Below, piece after piece: positions 37,068 through 38,714 of a stretch of 38,714 bases of DNA (position 1 is the first letter of the stretch; every line of letters begins with the position of its first letter). The stretch spans positions 1 to 38,714 of the forward strand of contig JAZDJN010000024.1 of assembly GCA_043803945.1 (NCBI GenBank), given 5' to 3'. This DNA is from a bacterium (GTDB lineage: Bacteria; Bacteroidota; Ignavibacteria; UBA10030). Under the pieces are notes generated by a model, which saw only the letters and a program-made list of their open reading frames with translations, made no database searches and had not been told where the DNA came from. The translations under genes and the position numbers were made by a program.

Positions 37068-38479
37068 CGCACTAGCACCATCTTTTTTGTCAGGGTCATA
37101 GTACCCGCCATTAAGGAATAGAAATAGATACCGCTCGGATGTTCATACGCATCGAAAAGACGGACATGCTTTCCAGCTTCGAAAAAGCCATCAGCAACTG
37201 TGTGTACCACCTGTCCGAGTGTGTTTGTAACGATCACTCTCGCCTGCATCGCTTTTGGCAGGGTGAAGGAGATCATCGTTGATGGATTAAACGGATTCGG
37301 GAAATTCTGATCCAGTGCAAATGAGGCGGGAAGGTGATCCAATGATTTTGTACCTGTCGCCGGTCCGAATTGAAATTGATAAACGGCACGATTGAAGGCA
37401 TCAACGACGTATGCTGTCTTCGCATCTGATGTCAGCGCCACATCGACCGGCATGATCATCGGTGCCCCCGCTGGTTCCGGAGAGGTCCCGCTGTTCTTCG
37501 AAGGAAGCTCATACATTTCCGACGCGAAGATTCCGGCAGACATATCGAATGCTTTCACCCAGCGGCGTGTGGAATCGATGCCGGCGACCCAGAGCAATCC
37601 GTTCTTATCGACAGTAATTCCACAAATGATTGATGAACCAAATGAAAGCAAACCTATTGGATCCTGCACACGTTGAGAAACATATTTCGTTGGGCTGGTT
37701 TGACGCCCCCCAGACCATACAGCGATTCCACCGGTTAATTGATTTGATGAGACAGAATTTCGTGAGGTATAGAAGATCATAGTTGAATCATTGTAGTTGC
37801 CATTTGGCAACACAGCGACATCACGAATGACATCCACACCGCCGGTGTGAGCTCCTCCAATTTCCAGCCCACCTTCACCAATCCACACTCCTTTGGCAGG
37901 AGATGCTAATGTATTTGTAAAATTATAGAATCGAGGGCGCGGCCCCGCTACACCAGCACCTGCCGAAACACCTGCGACTGCTATCGTATCCTTTGTCAAA
38001 GCAACACCGTGATGATGCGTGCCATGGCCAGAACTAGATGATGGATAGTAGAATCCGTACTTCTGAACTTTCGCAGTATCTCCATTTGGATAATAATACA
38101 TAGTTCCGACAGTTTGTTTTGATCGAGGGAATGGAGCACTCGCATTGATGAGAATATCTTTACCAACCGAAGCTATACCGCGTATAAACCCGATATCGCC
38201 TATCGAGGTATCGGCATCACGTGTTGCTGTATAGTCGATCATCTTCTTCATGATGACATCATTCTCATCCGCGTAGAAAATCATATTTCGCCCCAAGATG
38301 CTAGTGAGGTTCGAAGAGGTGACATAGAGTCTCCCAGTACTTGTCACAGTACAGAGATAGGGCTGCGTGTAGAGTGTATCCGCAGCGGGAAATTTTATTT
38401 CCTTAATAAACTTCCACTGTGCGTGGGAAGGCCACGCACAGTAGAGAATCAGCGAAGAAAGAAGAACAATCTTTTTCAT
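37064..38479 (-). CDS. T9SS cargo protein, probable beta-propeller (NHL/SMP-30-like blades)
   Basis: GGAG RBS, MKKIVLLSSLILYCAWPSHA|Q; blade-like GITVDKNGLLWVA, PVDVALTSDAKTAYVVD; C-terminal LDQNFPNPFNPST..KKMVLVR. Confidence 0.82.
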   Translation of the reverse strand: MKKIVLLSSLILYCAWPSHAQWKFIKEIKFPAADTLYTQPYLCTVTSTGRLYVTSSNLTSILGRNMIFYADENDVIMKKMIDYTATRDADTSIGDIGFIRGIASVGKDILINASAPFPRSKQTVGTMYYYPNGDTAKVQKYGFYYPSSSSGHGTHHHGVALTKDTIAVAGVSAGAGVAGPRPRFYNFTNTLASPAKGVWIGEGGLEIGGAHTGGVDVIRDVAVLPNGNYNDSTMIFYTSRNSVSSNQLTGGIAVWSGGRQTSPTKYVSQRVQDPIGLLSFGSSIICGITVDKNGLLWVAGIDSTRRWVKAFDMSAGIFASEMYELPSKNSGTSPEPAGAPMIMPVDVALTSDAKTAYVVDAFNRAVYQFQFGPATGTKSLDHLPASFALDQNFPNPFNPSTMISFTLPKAMQARVIVTNTLGQVVHTVADGFFEAGKHVRLFDAYEHPSGIYFYSLMAGTMTLTKKMVLVR

Positions 38480-38526
38480 GTATTTCTCCATTTGAAAAAC
38501 AGGAGTGAGTCTATTGTTTGCACTAC

Positions 38527-38714
38527 TTATTTCAAGAACGTCATCTTCTTCGTGCTGGAGAAATTACCAACGCTGATCTGATAGAAATAGATTCCGCTGG
38601 AAATCTTTGAAGCATCGAAGGTAATGGTATAGCGGCCTGCATCCTGTTTGGTATCTACGAGGGAAGCAACCACCTGACCAAGGACGTTAAAGATTTTCAA
38701 GCTCACATTCCCCG
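38527..38714 (-). CDS. 3' end of another T9SS cargo protein (truncated by window edge)
   Basis: Manual translation GNVSLKIFNVLGQVVASLVDTKQDAGRYTITFDASKISSGIYFYQISVGNFSSTKKMTFLK*. Confidence 0.9.
   Translation of the reverse strand, partial: GNVSLKIFNVLGQVVASLVDTKQDAGRYTITFDASKISSGIYFYQISVGNFSSTKKMTFLK

Noticed and set aside
1-38714. CRISPR arrays, tRNA/rRNA, transposases, integrases, stop-codon recoding
   Set aside because: No spaced nucleotide direct repeats, RNA-gene signatures or recombinase motifs were seen; TGA, TAA and TAG all end genes at expected protein termini.

Overview
Window from an FCB-group bacterium, most likely Ignavibacteria/Calditrichota/KSB1-like (inferred from QNYPNPFNP-type T9SS C-terminal domains, a PorV-family gene and Gln-starting mature proteins). 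It has three blocks. (1) 216-11293, minus strand: a probable operon of a giant (~2,480 aa) T9SS-secreted LamG/FN3/IPT/FG-GAP protein split by a 1-nt frameshift, a small membrane-anchored protein, a signal-peptide-bearing caspase-family (C14) protease with four tandem Ig/CARDB-like repeats, and an internally deleted remnant of a second caspase gene that the ORF track misses. (2) 11535-17123, plus strand: a GH38 alpha-mannosidase and a secreted CotH-kinase/lamin-tail/T9SS protein, with back-to-back promoters separating them from block 1. (3) 17317-38714, minus strand: a ~21 kb polysaccharide-utilisation-like locus with no susD in the window. It runs T9SS cargo x2, TonB-dependent receptor, variant-CTD protein, PorV-like, two small beta-barrels, clan GH-A hydrolase, PF12831-like FAD oxidoreductase, IT-superfamily transporter, stand-alone hydantoinase-A/oxoprolinase ATPase, DUF4855, a nagB 3' remnant, DUF4954 and nagB. 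The best candidates for undescribed systems are the amino-sugar catabolic module of block 3, its TBDR-cargo-PorV uptake module, and the caspase/FG-GAP operon. All family assignments come from motif recognition by eye, not database searches. No rRNA, tRNA, CRISPR array or transposase was seen.
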